DNA of 64,000 bases, from the NCBI GenBank assembly GCA_965216325.1, contig OZ244160.1, positions 2,112,001-2,176,000 on the forward strand, written 5' to 3'. Positions within the stretch are counted from its first letter, which is position 1, and each line of letters starts with the position of its first letter. Below, one piece after another: positions 17,518 to 26,663 of the stretch. Position numbers and translations under genes: made by a program. The notes beneath the pieces are model-generated. The model was not told the origin of the DNA, ran no database searches, and worked only from the letters and a program-made list of their open reading frames with translations. The DNA is from Coraliomargarita sp. GTDB lineage: Bacteria; Verrucomicrobiota; Verrucomicrobiia; Opitutales; Coraliomargaritaceae.

Positions 17518-17750
17518 GCGGCGACCTCCTTGTCCTGCTCATAGAAGAGCTGTGCCAGGAAGGCATCTCGCCGCTCACGGGCTTCGTGAAGCTTACGAGT
17601 GCCGAGTGACCGGCGCACCCGCTTGCTGGTGTTGGCAGTCGGGTAGGCGGTGTAGTGGATCCACCAGCTGCCATTGTTCTGGTAGAGGTGGTGATTCGGG
17701 TTCTGTGCCCAGATTCTCACTGAGGCGTGTTGGTTTTTCAGTATTGTCAT
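17514..17750 (-). CDS. Small basic protein resembling an integrase arm-type / mobile-element DNA-binding domain
   Basis: NNGSWWIHYT...RVRRSLGTRKLHEARERRD; start at ATG 17750. Confidence 0.55.
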   Translation of the reverse strand: MTILKNQHASVRIWAQNPNHHLYQNNGSWWIHYTAYPTANTSKRVRRSLGTRKLHEARERRDAFLAQLFYEQDKEVAA

Positions 17751-17774
17751 GTTGTGCGTGGCTTTGGGATTCAC

Positions 17775-17863
17775 GCACTCCGCCCGGGCACAAAAAAAGA
17801 TCGTCCCCGCCCTTGGCCTCGAGCTTGTCGAGTGGGGGAAGCGATCTCCGTGCGGGAGAGTGC
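17775..17863 (-). promoter_or_regulatory. Long imperfect stem-loop upstream of the small-gene cluster
   Basis: GCACTC/GAGTGC, CCGCCCGG/CCGTGCGG and AGATCG-TCCCC/GGGGAAGCGATCT arms. Confidence 0.45.
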
Positions 17864-18136
17864 TTGGTTTCGGTGGCGTCAGGCCGCACATCATTGGACC
17901 ACCGTGGTGACTCTCCAGACTTGGAAGACCCGGTTGGCGTTATCCTGCCAGGCAGGACACTTCATGATGCAGTTACGACGCAGTGATTAAAAGAACGATG
18001 AATGAAACATAGGTAATCTGGCTCAGAAGGAAAGCCGTTTTTGTGTCATAGGCTGCCGCAGCTTGTATGCCGCTCCTAGCTCCTGAAATGTGGAGATCGT
18101 TTCAGAAGTGATGCGCTCATCGAAGAGGGTGCGGAT

Positions 18137-18361
18137 TCAAACTGATTTAAGGATTTCTTTCAGACGCGCTATTGCCTCTGGACTAAAACGTATAGACTGA
18201 CTCTTTTTACCAAGTATTTTACGGTCAGATGAACCGTAAGTATCTATCTGTAGCATCTTTTTGCCCTCGCTATTTACAACGAGTGAGTAGGTGCAATCTA
18301 CTTCGCTGTGTTTCGAGTCGCGTTCAAGCGGTTGGTGTATGATATTTTTTACGAGTGCCAT
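18137..18361 (-). CDS. Small conserved hypothetical protein of defence islands
   Basis: H.EVDCTY...LQIDTYGSSDR...GKKSQSIRF; recalled as a family often mis-annotated 'methionyl-tRNA formyltransferase'. Confidence 0.65.
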   Translation of the reverse strand: MALVKNIIHQPLERDSKHSEVDCTYSLVVNSEGKKMLQIDTYGSSDRKILGKKSQSIRFSPEAIARLKEILKSV

Positions 18362-18416
18362 AGTTTAATTTGATAGACATCCTTTTTGATAACAAATCTA
18401 ACGTAAAGATAATTAA

Positions 18417-20444
18417 GTGGATATATCTGAATACAGAGTGCTGATTGATTCAATCGGTTTCGGAAAGCGAGTTGCCGATGCGCATTATGTCCTTGTTGAA
18501 AGCCTGGACGTATTTCCTGAAAGCCTTGTTGTTGAGATCAACCGGGCGGCACTGGCGGCTCAGCCGCAGGAGGGATGGAATCTCATAAAATTTCATCTGA
18601 AGGAGTATGCGCTAACCTTTTTGGCGTATCCTGACTTTGAGTCGGATCCGCACCCGGCACTTCATTTTGCAACCAAGATTAATCTGAATTCAGGACGGGT
18701 TGTTCGCACGGATTATTCACAACGAGCGAACCCACCGATTCTTCATCGTAAAGAGACCTTTATCCCCAAGGCAGATCCTCGCTACGATGAATATGCGATG
18801 CTGACTAAGTCGGAAGAAGCGCATGGTTTGTATCGAGATACCTCTCGCATTGGTTTGCGTATTTTCTGGGAGACTTTGCTCAGGCGTAAGGGCTTGAGCT
18901 ACGATGGGCACAATCTTGTCCAAGACGATGCGGGTTCCGTGCCTTCGGAAGATGTCAATAGTGCTCAGGTCGTTCGACACCGAACCGCAATTAAGCGCTA
19001 TGATTTGTCAAAACCAGTGAAGCTATTGCTGAAGCATGGCTTGCTCAGTGAGGGGACTACGTTTTTCGATTACGGTTGTGGCCGTGGGATGGACGTCGAG
19101 GGCTTGCAGTCTCTAGGTTTTGATGTGTCCGGTTGGGATCCCGCTTATCGCCCTGATGCCGAGCAGGTAGCAGCGCGTGTTGTGAATATTGGTTATGTGC
19201 TAAATGTCATTGAGCACCCAGCTGAGCGAGTAGAGGCCTTGCGGGGAGCGTTCAAGTTATGTGAGGGGGTGATGATGGTTTCCGTGCTGCCTCGTGGGCA
19301 AGAGACGGATGCGCATCAAAAGCCGCTAGGGGACGGGTTTCTGACAAAGCACGGGACCTTTCAGAAATTTTACGCCCCGGGTGAGCTTGAGGATTTGCTC
19401 GAGTCTTGCTTAGAGCGCGAGCCGGTGACTCTGGCGCTGGGGATGTGTCTCGTTTTTAAGGATGAGACTGACCGAGAGTTTTTCCTCTCGAAGCGCACGC
19501 GCCGGCATGTGGATTGGACTGAGATTGGTAGTCAGCTGCGTTTCTCTCAGCCTAAGGAGCGCGAGGAGGCGATGGTGGGGCGTTACGAGATGCATCGTGA
19601 GCTGATGGATGATCTTTGGGCAAGTATGTTGGAACATGGGCGCCCGCCGGAGCTCAGCGAATATCCGCGAGTCGATGAGCTGAAGGCGCAGACTGCAGGC
19701 TTGAAGCGTTCAGTTCAGTTAGCGCTGAACTATCATGGAGCGGATCTGCTGAAAGAAGCCCGGCGATTGCGGGAGGAGGATGTCCTAGTTTATCTAGCGA
19801 TGAAGCATTTCGAGCGTCGCTTCCTGCGTAAGCACCTCCCGTCACGTATTGCGCAGGATATCAAAGTCTTCTTCGGTGATTTCGATACTGCAATGCGACG
19901 CGCTGCGGAACTGCTCTATGCTTCGGGGGATCCGGATGAATTGCGACTCGCTCTTAGTGGTCTCGATGTTGGCTACTACGACGAAGGAGAGGAGCACTAT
20001 AGCTTCCATCGAAGTCTGTTTGATCAGATGCCGGCGATCTTCCGGGTCTATGTGCTCTGTGGGCTACGTCGGTTTGGGGATCTAGACGAGGTCGATGTCA
20101 TCAAGATTCATATTCGTTCCCGGAAGTTGACTTTGCACAGCTATGATGACTTCGAGAGCAAGCCGCTCCCAGAGCTGCAGATGCGCATTAAGATCGATCT
20201 CCGCAAAGACTTCGTGACAGTATTCGACCATACGCTTGGTGATGATAGGCAACTGCTATTCTTTAAGGAGCGTTTTGTAGGGCCCGGCTACGAATTTGGA
20301 AATAATGCTGCGACTTTTTCGAAGCGTCTCGAAAAACTTGGCATTACGGCTGATCGTATCGGGCATGGTCCGCAGTTGTCAGAATTCTCAGCATTTCTTG
20401 AGCTGAAGGGGCTTACGGCATCACTGCTGCCAAAGAGAAAATAA
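18417..20444 (+). CDS. DNA phosphorothioation-associated putative methyltransferase
   Basis: SAM motif FFDYGCGRGMD, GWDPAY, VNIGYVLNVIE, GTFQKFY, NPPILHRKETF; lies next to dndB. Confidence 0.85.
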   Translation: MDISEYRVLIDSIGFGKRVADAHYVLVESLDVFPESLVVEINRAALAAQPQEGWNLIKFHLKEYALTFLAYPDFESDPHPALHFATKINLNSGRVVRTDYSQRANPPILHRKETFIPKADPRYDEYAMLTKSEEAHGLYRDTSRIGLRIFWETLLRRKGLSYDGHNLVQDDAGSVPSEDVNSAQVVRHRTAIKRYDLSKPVKLLLKHGLLSEGTTFFDYGCGRGMDVEGLQSLGFDVSGWDPAYRPDAEQVAARVVNIGYVLNVIEHPAERVEALRGAFKLCEGVMMVSVLPRGQETDAHQKPLGDGFLTKHGTFQKFYAPGELEDLLESCLEREPVTLALGMCLVFKDETDREFFLSKRTRRHVDWTEIGSQLRFSQPKEREEAMVGRYEMHRELMDDLWASMLEHGRPPELSEYPRVDELKAQTAGLKRSVQLALNYHGADLLKEARRLREEDVLVYLAMKHFERRFLRKHLPSRIAQDIKVFFGDFDTAMRRAAELLYASGDPDELRLALSGLDVGYYDEGEEHYSFHRSLFDQMPAIFRVYVLCGLRRFGDLDEVDVIKIHIRSRKLTLHSYDDFESKPLPELQMRIKIDLRKDFVTVFDHTLGDDRQLLFFKERFVGPGYEFGNNAATFSKRLEKLGITADRIGHGPQLSEFSAFLELKGLTASLLPKRK

Positions 20445-20555
20445 TAGCTGATTGCTTTATCCGTTCTTAATGAACAGCTTTTGTTGGAAGTTATTTTTCT
20501 CAAATTGGAAGTCTATTTGTTGACTTCCATTTGTTGTGGGGTAACTTCCGGACTT

Positions 20556-21659
20556 GTGATCGAAGACGACTATCAACTTTCATTTCCGGCGATACGGGGA
20601 CGCCAGGCGGGGCGTGAGTATTACGCAGCGATGTGTCCCTTGCATGTGGCTGTAGATATCATCAAGCTACACGAAGATGACGACTCGATTCCTGCAGAGC
20701 TTCGCGCTCAGCGAGCTTTGAATAAGGGGCGGGTGCCTGCCATTACGCAGTATATTGTGGATAATCCAGATAGTTATGCGTTTTCATCGCTTACAATCTC
20801 GATTGATAGTGCGGTTAAGTTCGAGCCGATGGGTAAGGAGGGAATACAGACCAAGGTGGGTGTGCTTAAAGTCCCATACGGTGTGACCTACTTAATTAAC
20901 GATGGTCAGCACCGTCGGGCTGCTATTGAGCAAGCGCTTCGGGAGAACCCGAAACTTCGGAATGAGACAATCTCTTTGGTGATCTATATTGATCGTGGTC
21001 TTGAGCGATCTCAGCAGCTGTTTGCTGATTTGAATCGCTATGTTGTTCGTCCGACAACCTCCCTAAGTATTCTTTACGATCACCGAGATCCACTTTCACG
21101 GTTGTCTCATGAGGTGATAGAAGGTGTGGAGGTATTTAGCGGTCTCACCGAGAAGGCTAAAATGTCGATCTCTAATCGCTCTCGGAAACTGTTTACGCTG
21201 AGTTCGATCTATCAAGCAACTGCCGATCTTCTGCACAAGAAGAAGGGCGACGAGGTTTCCGACAAGGAGTCGGGTCAGGCGATTTCGTATTGGTCTGAAG
21301 TGGTTAAGCAAATTCCAGACTGGGGTTTGGCAGCAGAGCGGAAAGTGGCTCCATCAGATCTACGCAGTGACACTATTCATGCGCACGGCATTGCTCTCCG
21401 GGCTCTTGGGCGGATTGGTGCGGATTTACTCACACTACCTAAAACTAAATGGAAGAAGCAGCTCAAGGGCCTAGCTAAGCTGGATTGGTCACGTTCGAAT
21501 GCGGCACTATGGGAGGGGCGGGCGATGACTGCGGGGAAAATTAGTCCGTATCAGGCGAATATCGTCCTGACTGGAAATTTGATTAAGCAATACGTTGAAC
21601 TGCCTCTGACGCCTTCTGAAGAAGAGGTCGAAAAGGAATTTAAGAAGAGAGACTCTTAG
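20556..21659 (+). CDS. dndB: DNA sulfur modification protein DndB
   Basis: FPAIRGRQAGREYY, RAQRALN, INDGQHRRAAI, QQLFADLN; probable GTG start at 20556. Confidence 0.9.
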   Translation: MIEDDYQLSFPAIRGRQAGREYYAAMCPLHVAVDIIKLHEDDDSIPAELRAQRALNKGRVPAITQYIVDNPDSYAFSSLTISIDSAVKFEPMGKEGIQTKVGVLKVPYGVTYLINDGQHRRAAIEQALRENPKLRNETISLVIYIDRGLERSQQLFADLNRYVVRPTTSLSILYDHRDPLSRLSHEVIEGVEVFSGLTEKAKMSISNRSRKLFTLSSIYQATADLLHKKKGDEVSDKESGQAISYWSEVVKQIPDWGLAAERKVAPSDLRSDTIHAHGIALRALGRIGADLLTLPKTKWKKQLKGLAKLDWSRSNAALWEGRAMTAGKISPYQANIVLTGNLIKQYVELPLTPSEEEVEKEFKKRDS

Positions 21660-21661
21660 AC

Positions 21662-23083
21662 ATGTCTAGCGAGAAAAATGGCGGATTAACCCGCGAGAAA
21701 ATTGAATCTATTCAAGAACGCATACGCGAAATCTATAAGCAAGATAGTCGCCCATGGGTTATTGGATACAGTGGCGGAAAGGATTCGTCCTGTGTTCTGC
21801 AATTAACATGGACTGCACTAGCGAAGCTTCCAAAGGAGGAGCTAACAAAGCAGGTTTATGTGATCTCTTCGGATACGCTTGTTGAAGCACCGACGGTAGT
21901 TAATCAGCTTGAACAGACACTTAAGCAAATCGGTGAGGCAGCGAAGGCTGCAGACATGCCAATCGAAGTGCATAAGGTGACGCCTGCGATTAAAGATACG
22001 TTTTGGGTCAATATGATCGGGCGAGGCATTCCGGCTCCATATACGAATTTCAGATGGTGCACGGACCGAATGAAAATCGCGCCCACGACGACTTTCATTA
22101 AGAACAAGATCGCTGAATTTGGTGAGGTTACGATTCTGCTTGGCACTCGCCGAACCGAAAGTGTTTCGCGTGGTCAGGTGATGGCGAACCGCCGGGATAA
22201 AGGCGCTTACCTTTCTTGGCACAACGACATCGCGAATGCGCTCGTTTTCACGCCTATTGAGGATTGGGCGACCAATGATGTTTGGGAATATCTGATGGCA
22301 GTGCCGAGCCCTTGGGGTGGTCGTAATGATGCGATTGTGACGATGTATCGCAATGCGCAGTCGGGTGAATGCCCGCTTGTGATTGATAAGACGACACCAT
22401 CTTGCGGTGGTGGCCGATTTGGCTGTTGGACCTGCACCGTGGTTGAGCGTGATCGATCCATGGAAGCGATGATCGACAATGGTGAAGACTGGATGCAACC
22501 GATGCTCGATATGCGGGATTGGTTGACGGAAACGCAGATCCCAGAAAATAAGCCCAAGATTCGTGATCACCGTCGCAGAAACGGGAAGGTGACTTACTTC
22601 GATGCAAAGGGAGAGCGCCGCATTGTTTGGGGGCCTTATCTCCCGGAGTTTCGACAGCAGATTTTACGTCGGCTTTTGCAAGCGCAGAAGCAAGTCCGTG
22701 ATGAGGGGCCTGATCCTGAATTAAATCTGATCACCCCAGAGGAGCTTCATAAGATCCGCCAACTCTGGCTTCATGAAGAAGGGGACTGGGAAGACAGTTT
22801 GCCAAAGATTTATAATGAGGAAACCGGTGAGGATCTCGATTGGCTTGTCGATGACCATGCAGGAGTCGGACTTGAGGAGAAGAAAATCCTGGAGGAGGTC
22901 GCAACTGAGGCAGACTTACCTTTGGGGATGCTGCAAGAGTTGTTGGATACCGAGATTAAGCACACAGGTATGTCGCGCCGCTCGGGGATCTATGAGAAGA
23001 TCAATTCAGTCTTCGAGAAAGATTGGATGAGCTTTGAAGACGCACTGGCCGATACGGAAAACCAACCAGGCTTGAAGAAATGA
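21662..23083 (+). CDS. dndC: DNA phosphorothioation sulfurtransferase DndC
   Basis: PWVIGYSGGKDS PP-loop, SDTLVE, FRWCTDRMKI, ECPLV..SCGGGRFGCWTCT. Confidence 0.95.
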   Translation: MSSEKNGGLTREKIESIQERIREIYKQDSRPWVIGYSGGKDSSCVLQLTWTALAKLPKEELTKQVYVISSDTLVEAPTVVNQLEQTLKQIGEAAKAADMPIEVHKVTPAIKDTFWVNMIGRGIPAPYTNFRWCTDRMKIAPTTTFIKNKIAEFGEVTILLGTRRTESVSRGQVMANRRDKGAYLSWHNDIANALVFTPIEDWATNDVWEYLMAVPSPWGGRNDAIVTMYRNAQSGECPLVIDKTTPSCGGGRFGCWTCTVVERDRSMEAMIDNGEDWMQPMLDMRDWLTETQIPENKPKIRDHRRRNGKVTYFDAKGERRIVWGPYLPEFRQQILRRLLQAQKQVRDEGPDPELNLITPEELHKIRQLWLHEEGDWEDSLPKIYNEETGEDLDWLVDDHAGVGLEEKKILEEVATEADLPLGMLQELLDTEIKHTGMSRRSGIYEKINSVFEKDWMSFEDALADTENQPGLKK

Positions 23084-25104
23084 TTTTAACTAAGTTTAAG
23101 CTAGAGAACTACGGCTTGTTTTCTGGAGTCAACGACTTCGATCTGACGCCGCGAGTTAAGTATCGTAAAACGCGCCCGGTGGTGCTTTTCGGCGGTAAGA
23201 ATGGAGCAGGTAAGACGACCTTCTTAGATGCGATTCGTCTGTTACTCTATGGCCGTCGCAGTCTCGGTGCGAAACCATCGCAGAAAGAGTATGACGCCCA
23301 CCTGCTTGCCCGGGTGCACCGTAATAAGAATGAGAACACTCGAGCCAATTATTCTAAAGTCGGCTTGGAGTTTGAGCATGTTGTCGGGGGTGAAAAACAT
23401 TTGTTCTATGCTGAGCGGTCTTGGGAAGTTAAGGCGGGAGGTAAAATCGTTGAACGCTTTCGAGTCACCAAGGACGGAGAAGATCTCGACGAAATGGGCA
23501 TGGAGCACCAAGAGGCCTTTATTGCTGATGTAGTGCCTGAACGATTGTCTCAGCTCTTCTTCTTCGATGGTGAAAAAATCAAGGGAATCGCTGAGGATAT
23601 CTCGAGTAACGCCGCAATCGCTGAGTCGATTCAGTCGTTACTTGGTCTCGATGCAGTGCTCTCTTTGAAGTCGGATTTATCGGTTTACCGGAGTCGTATT
23701 CTTAAGAAGTCGAACCCAGATGAGTTCAAGAAGCTGCTGGGGGTAAATGACAAAGAAGCTGAGCAACTGAACCATGAGCTGGAGCTCTTGGCTGACAGCC
23801 AAGCTGAGTTGGGAACCAAGATCGATGGTGCGAAGACCGAGATCCGCAATTGTGAGAAAGCACTCGCCGAACGTGGAGGGTCCTTTGCTGGTTTCCGCGA
23901 TGAGAACCTTGATAAGGCCAATGAGCTGAAAGAATCGATCAAGGCAGAAGAAGCAAGTGTTCGTGAGTGCCTAGAAGGGGGCTTACCCTTTGCGATGTGT
24001 CCTAGCATTACTGAGGATCTGCTAAAAGAACTCGCGGCCGAAGAGACTTTAAAGGAGGGTGCGATTGCGAGCCGCCATATTGAGGAGTTTGCTGCTAAGC
24101 TATCTAAGGAAACAGCGCAGTTTAAAGATCGGGCAGTCGTTAAGGAGTTGAAGAAGCTGATCAAAGAACAGCAGTCTGCATATTGTTCTCCTTTACTTGA
24201 GTCCGGCGGTGTAAGCGATGGCTTGACGAAGCATGGTCTATCTAAGCGCGACTCGCATCGAGTTAGTGACTTGCTTGGGGAGACTGTCTCTGAAGAAGTG
24301 AAGCGTGCTAAGAAGCACCTTCGACGACTCGAGAAGGAATCAAAGGCGCTACATGAAGTCTCTCGTGACTTAGAAAAGGCTCCGGATGAGGTCGATGTTA
24401 AAGAGTTTTTTGAGCGTCTCGCGTCATTGAATCGAGAGCTTGGTGCGCTTGAAGAGCAACAGGGGAAGTTGGATGAGCGAGAGCGCCAGTTAACGAATCA
24501 GTTGGCATTAGTAACCCGCGAAGGCGAGCGTCTTGCTGAAAAAGTTAAAGCTGGCGAGAAGGACCAGCAGAAGCTCGACTATATCAAACGAATGGGGCCG
24601 GCGCTGGACGTCTACAAGGATCGCTTGACTGAAGTTAAGATTAATACGCTGCAAGCCGAGGTTACTGAGTGCTTCAACCGGTTGGCGCGTAAGTCTGATT
24701 TTGTGAAAGGCATCTTGGTAGATCCAAAGACCTTCCAAGTTTCAGTTGTGGATGCGCACGGGCGGGCAATTCCTAAGGAGGACCTGTCCTCCGGAGAGAA
24801 ACAGATCTTCGCAATCGCAATGCTCTGGGGCTTGGCTCGCACATCTGGCCGTCCTCTACCTGTAGTGGTCGATACGCCACTGGGGCGCTTGGATTCGGAT
24901 CACCGGACTAAGCTCATTGAGAACTATTTCCCGAATGCAGGGCATCAAGTAATCCTGCTTTCAACCGATACAGAGGTGGACCAAGGCTTGTTCGAAAAGC
25001 TTAGCCCATCGATCTCACACACATACCATTTAGAATATCAACATGACGAAGGCAAAACAGCATTCAAAGAAGAGTATTTCTGGCGCAACAGAGTCAGTGT
25101 ATGA
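23080..25104 (+). CDS. dndD: DNA sulfur modification ATPase DndD (SMC-like)
   Basis: GKNGAGKTT, FFFDGEKI, coiled coil, LSSGEKQI, DTPLGRLDSDHR, LSTDTEVD. Confidence 0.95.
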   Translation: MILTKFKLENYGLFSGVNDFDLTPRVKYRKTRPVVLFGGKNGAGKTTFLDAIRLLLYGRRSLGAKPSQKEYDAHLLARVHRNKNENTRANYSKVGLEFEHVVGGEKHLFYAERSWEVKAGGKIVERFRVTKDGEDLDEMGMEHQEAFIADVVPERLSQLFFFDGEKIKGIAEDISSNAAIAESIQSLLGLDAVLSLKSDLSVYRSRILKKSNPDEFKKLLGVNDKEAEQLNHELELLADSQAELGTKIDGAKTEIRNCEKALAERGGSFAGFRDENLDKANELKESIKAEEASVRECLEGGLPFAMCPSITEDLLKELAAEETLKEGAIASRHIEEFAAKLSKETAQFKDRAVVKELKKLIKEQQSAYCSPLLESGGVSDGLTKHGLSKRDSHRVSDLLGETVSEEVKRAKKHLRRLEKESKALHEVSRDLEKAPDEVDVKEFFERLASLNRELGALEEQQGKLDERERQLTNQLALVTREGERLAEKVKAGEKDQQKLDYIKRMGPALDVYKDRLTEVKINTLQAEVTECFNRLARKSDFVKGILVDPKTFQVSVVDAHGRAIPKEDLSSGEKQIFAIAMLWGLARTSGRPLPVVVDTPLGRLDSDHRTKLIENYFPNAGHQVILLSTDTEVDQGLFEKLSPSISHTYHLEYQHDEGKTAFKEEYFWRNRVSV

Positions 25105-25492
25105 TTTAGCGCTTCAGCGTGTTCCATTTACTGTATCCGTTGATGCGAAGATGCGGACCTTACGCGGGCGGACAGGAGTGACTCCCAACATCCTAGCTCG
25201 AGTTGGCTTCTGTCTATCCCTTGAGGAAACTGGAGTTCCTGCGGATCCATTTGAGTCTGAAGGTGAGGGGCGTGTAATCAATCGAGGCACCCTGCTCGGA
25301 GAGCATGATGCAGTCTACGTCGCTTTGTTGAGGACGTGGATAGGCAAGAATCTTGACGCATCCGAGGTCGACCAGGAGCGTTTCAACGCACTCTTTGTTG
25401 CGCATATGAATCGCGGCTTTGAGCTGATTAGTTCGCGCATGCGGACTTTGTCGGATTTGGGAAATCTCTTAGGTAAGAAGAAGGCAGCATGA
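25097..25492 (+). CDS. dndE: DNA sulfur modification protein DndE
   Basis: LRGRTGVTPNILARVGFCLSL, AHMNRG; GTG start overlaps the dndD stop. Confidence 0.85.
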   Translation: MYDLALQRVPFTVSVDAKMRTLRGRTGVTPNILARVGFCLSLEETGVPADPFESEGEGRVINRGTLLGEHDAVYVALLRTWIGKNLDASEVDQERFNALFVAHMNRGFELISSRMRTLSDLGNLLGKKKAA

Positions 25493-26661
25493 GCGAGGCT
25501 GAGATAAAGTATCCCATCTATCTCGATTACCAGTCGACCACTCCGGTAGATCCCCGGGTGCTGGAGGCGATGCAGCCTTACTTTTCAGAGTTATTTGGTA
25601 ATGCAGCTTCGAAATCGCATCAACACGGACACGATGCTCTGGCTGGAGTTGAGAAGGCACGCAAACAGATCGCGAAGGCGATCAATGCGAAGCCTCAAGA
25701 GATTGTGTTTACCTCAGGTGCGACGGAAGCGATTAATTTGGCGATCAAAGGCATGGCCTTATCTCCGCGAAGCAAAGGCAATCACTACATTACTGTCGCG
25801 ACAGAACATAAAGCGGTGCTGGATTGTTTTGATTGGTTGGAGCGGAATGGCTTCGAGACAACGATCCTGCCTGTAGACTGCGAAGGTATGTTGACGGTGG
25901 AGGATGTGGTTGCTGCGATTCGTCCCGAAACGGCGATGGTAGCTGTGATGGCTGCGAACAATGAGATCGGAGTCTTGCAGCCAATCAATGAGATCGGTCA
26001 AGCATGCCGCGAACGAGGGGTGCACTTCTTTACCGATGCGACCCAAGCGCTTGGTAAGATACCACTCGATGTGCAGGCAGGTCAGTTTGATTTACTCTGT
26101 GGATCGGCTCACAAGGTCTATGGTCCGAAAGGGGTTGGGATGCTCTATGTGCGTCGGAGTAATCCACGAGTGCATCTTGAGCCGATCATACATGGTGGGG
26201 GCCACGAGGGAGGGCTTCGTTCTGGAACCCTGGCAACACCCTTGATTGTAGGCTTTGGGGAAGCAGTGGAGCTGAGCTGCAAGGAAATGCAGAAGGAGGC
26301 GGTGCGTTTGAAAGCTCTAACTCAGTCTATGTATCAGCAGTTGAAAGAGGAGATTCCTAAGGCTAAGCTAAACGGCCATTCTGAGACACGATTACCGGGA
26401 AACCTAAATATATCATTAGGTGGAGTGAACGCTGAAGCACTTGTCGCGGGACTGAGTGATAAGCTTGCACTCTCAACTGGGTCAGCATGCACAAGTAAAG
26501 AGGTTCTTCCATCTCATGTTCTTCAAGCTATTGGCTTAGATGAACTTGCTCTCATGTCATCAATACGAATTTCTGTCGGTAGTGCTAGCCTGCGCGACAC
26601 TGTGACATACGCTTCAGAGGCTATTATAAACCATGTAATCCGAATCAGTCAGTTCGACTAG
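25489..26661 (+). CDS. dndA: Cysteine desulfurase (DndA/IscS type) within the PT operon
   Basis: YLDYQSTTP, FTSGATE, SAHKVYGPKG (PLP Lys), STGSACTS; overlaps dndE. Confidence 0.9.
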   Translation: MSEAEIKYPIYLDYQSTTPVDPRVLEAMQPYFSELFGNAASKSHQHGHDALAGVEKARKQIAKAINAKPQEIVFTSGATEAINLAIKGMALSPRSKGNHYITVATEHKAVLDCFDWLERNGFETTILPVDCEGMLTVEDVVAAIRPETAMVAVMAANNEIGVLQPINEIGQACRERGVHFFTDATQALGKIPLDVQAGQFDLLCGSAHKVYGPKGVGMLYVRRSNPRVHLEPIIHGGGHEGGLRSGTLATPLIVGFGEAVELSCKEMQKEAVRLKALTQSMYQQLKEEIPKAKLNGHSETRLPGNLNISLGGVNAEALVAGLSDKLALSTGSACTSKEVLPSHVLQAIGLDELALMSSIRISVGSASLRDTVTYASEAIINHVIRISQFD

Positions 26662-26663
26662 TG

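Noticed and set aside
17514..17894. Prophage or integrase at the left island edge
   Set aside because: Only a short arm-like peptide; no tyrosine or serine recombinase catalytic domain and no phage structural genes
20520..20547. TTGACT-N16-TAACTT sigma-70-like promoter before dndB
   Set aside because: Plausible, but the spacing and -10 box are suboptimal; too weak to call without TSS data
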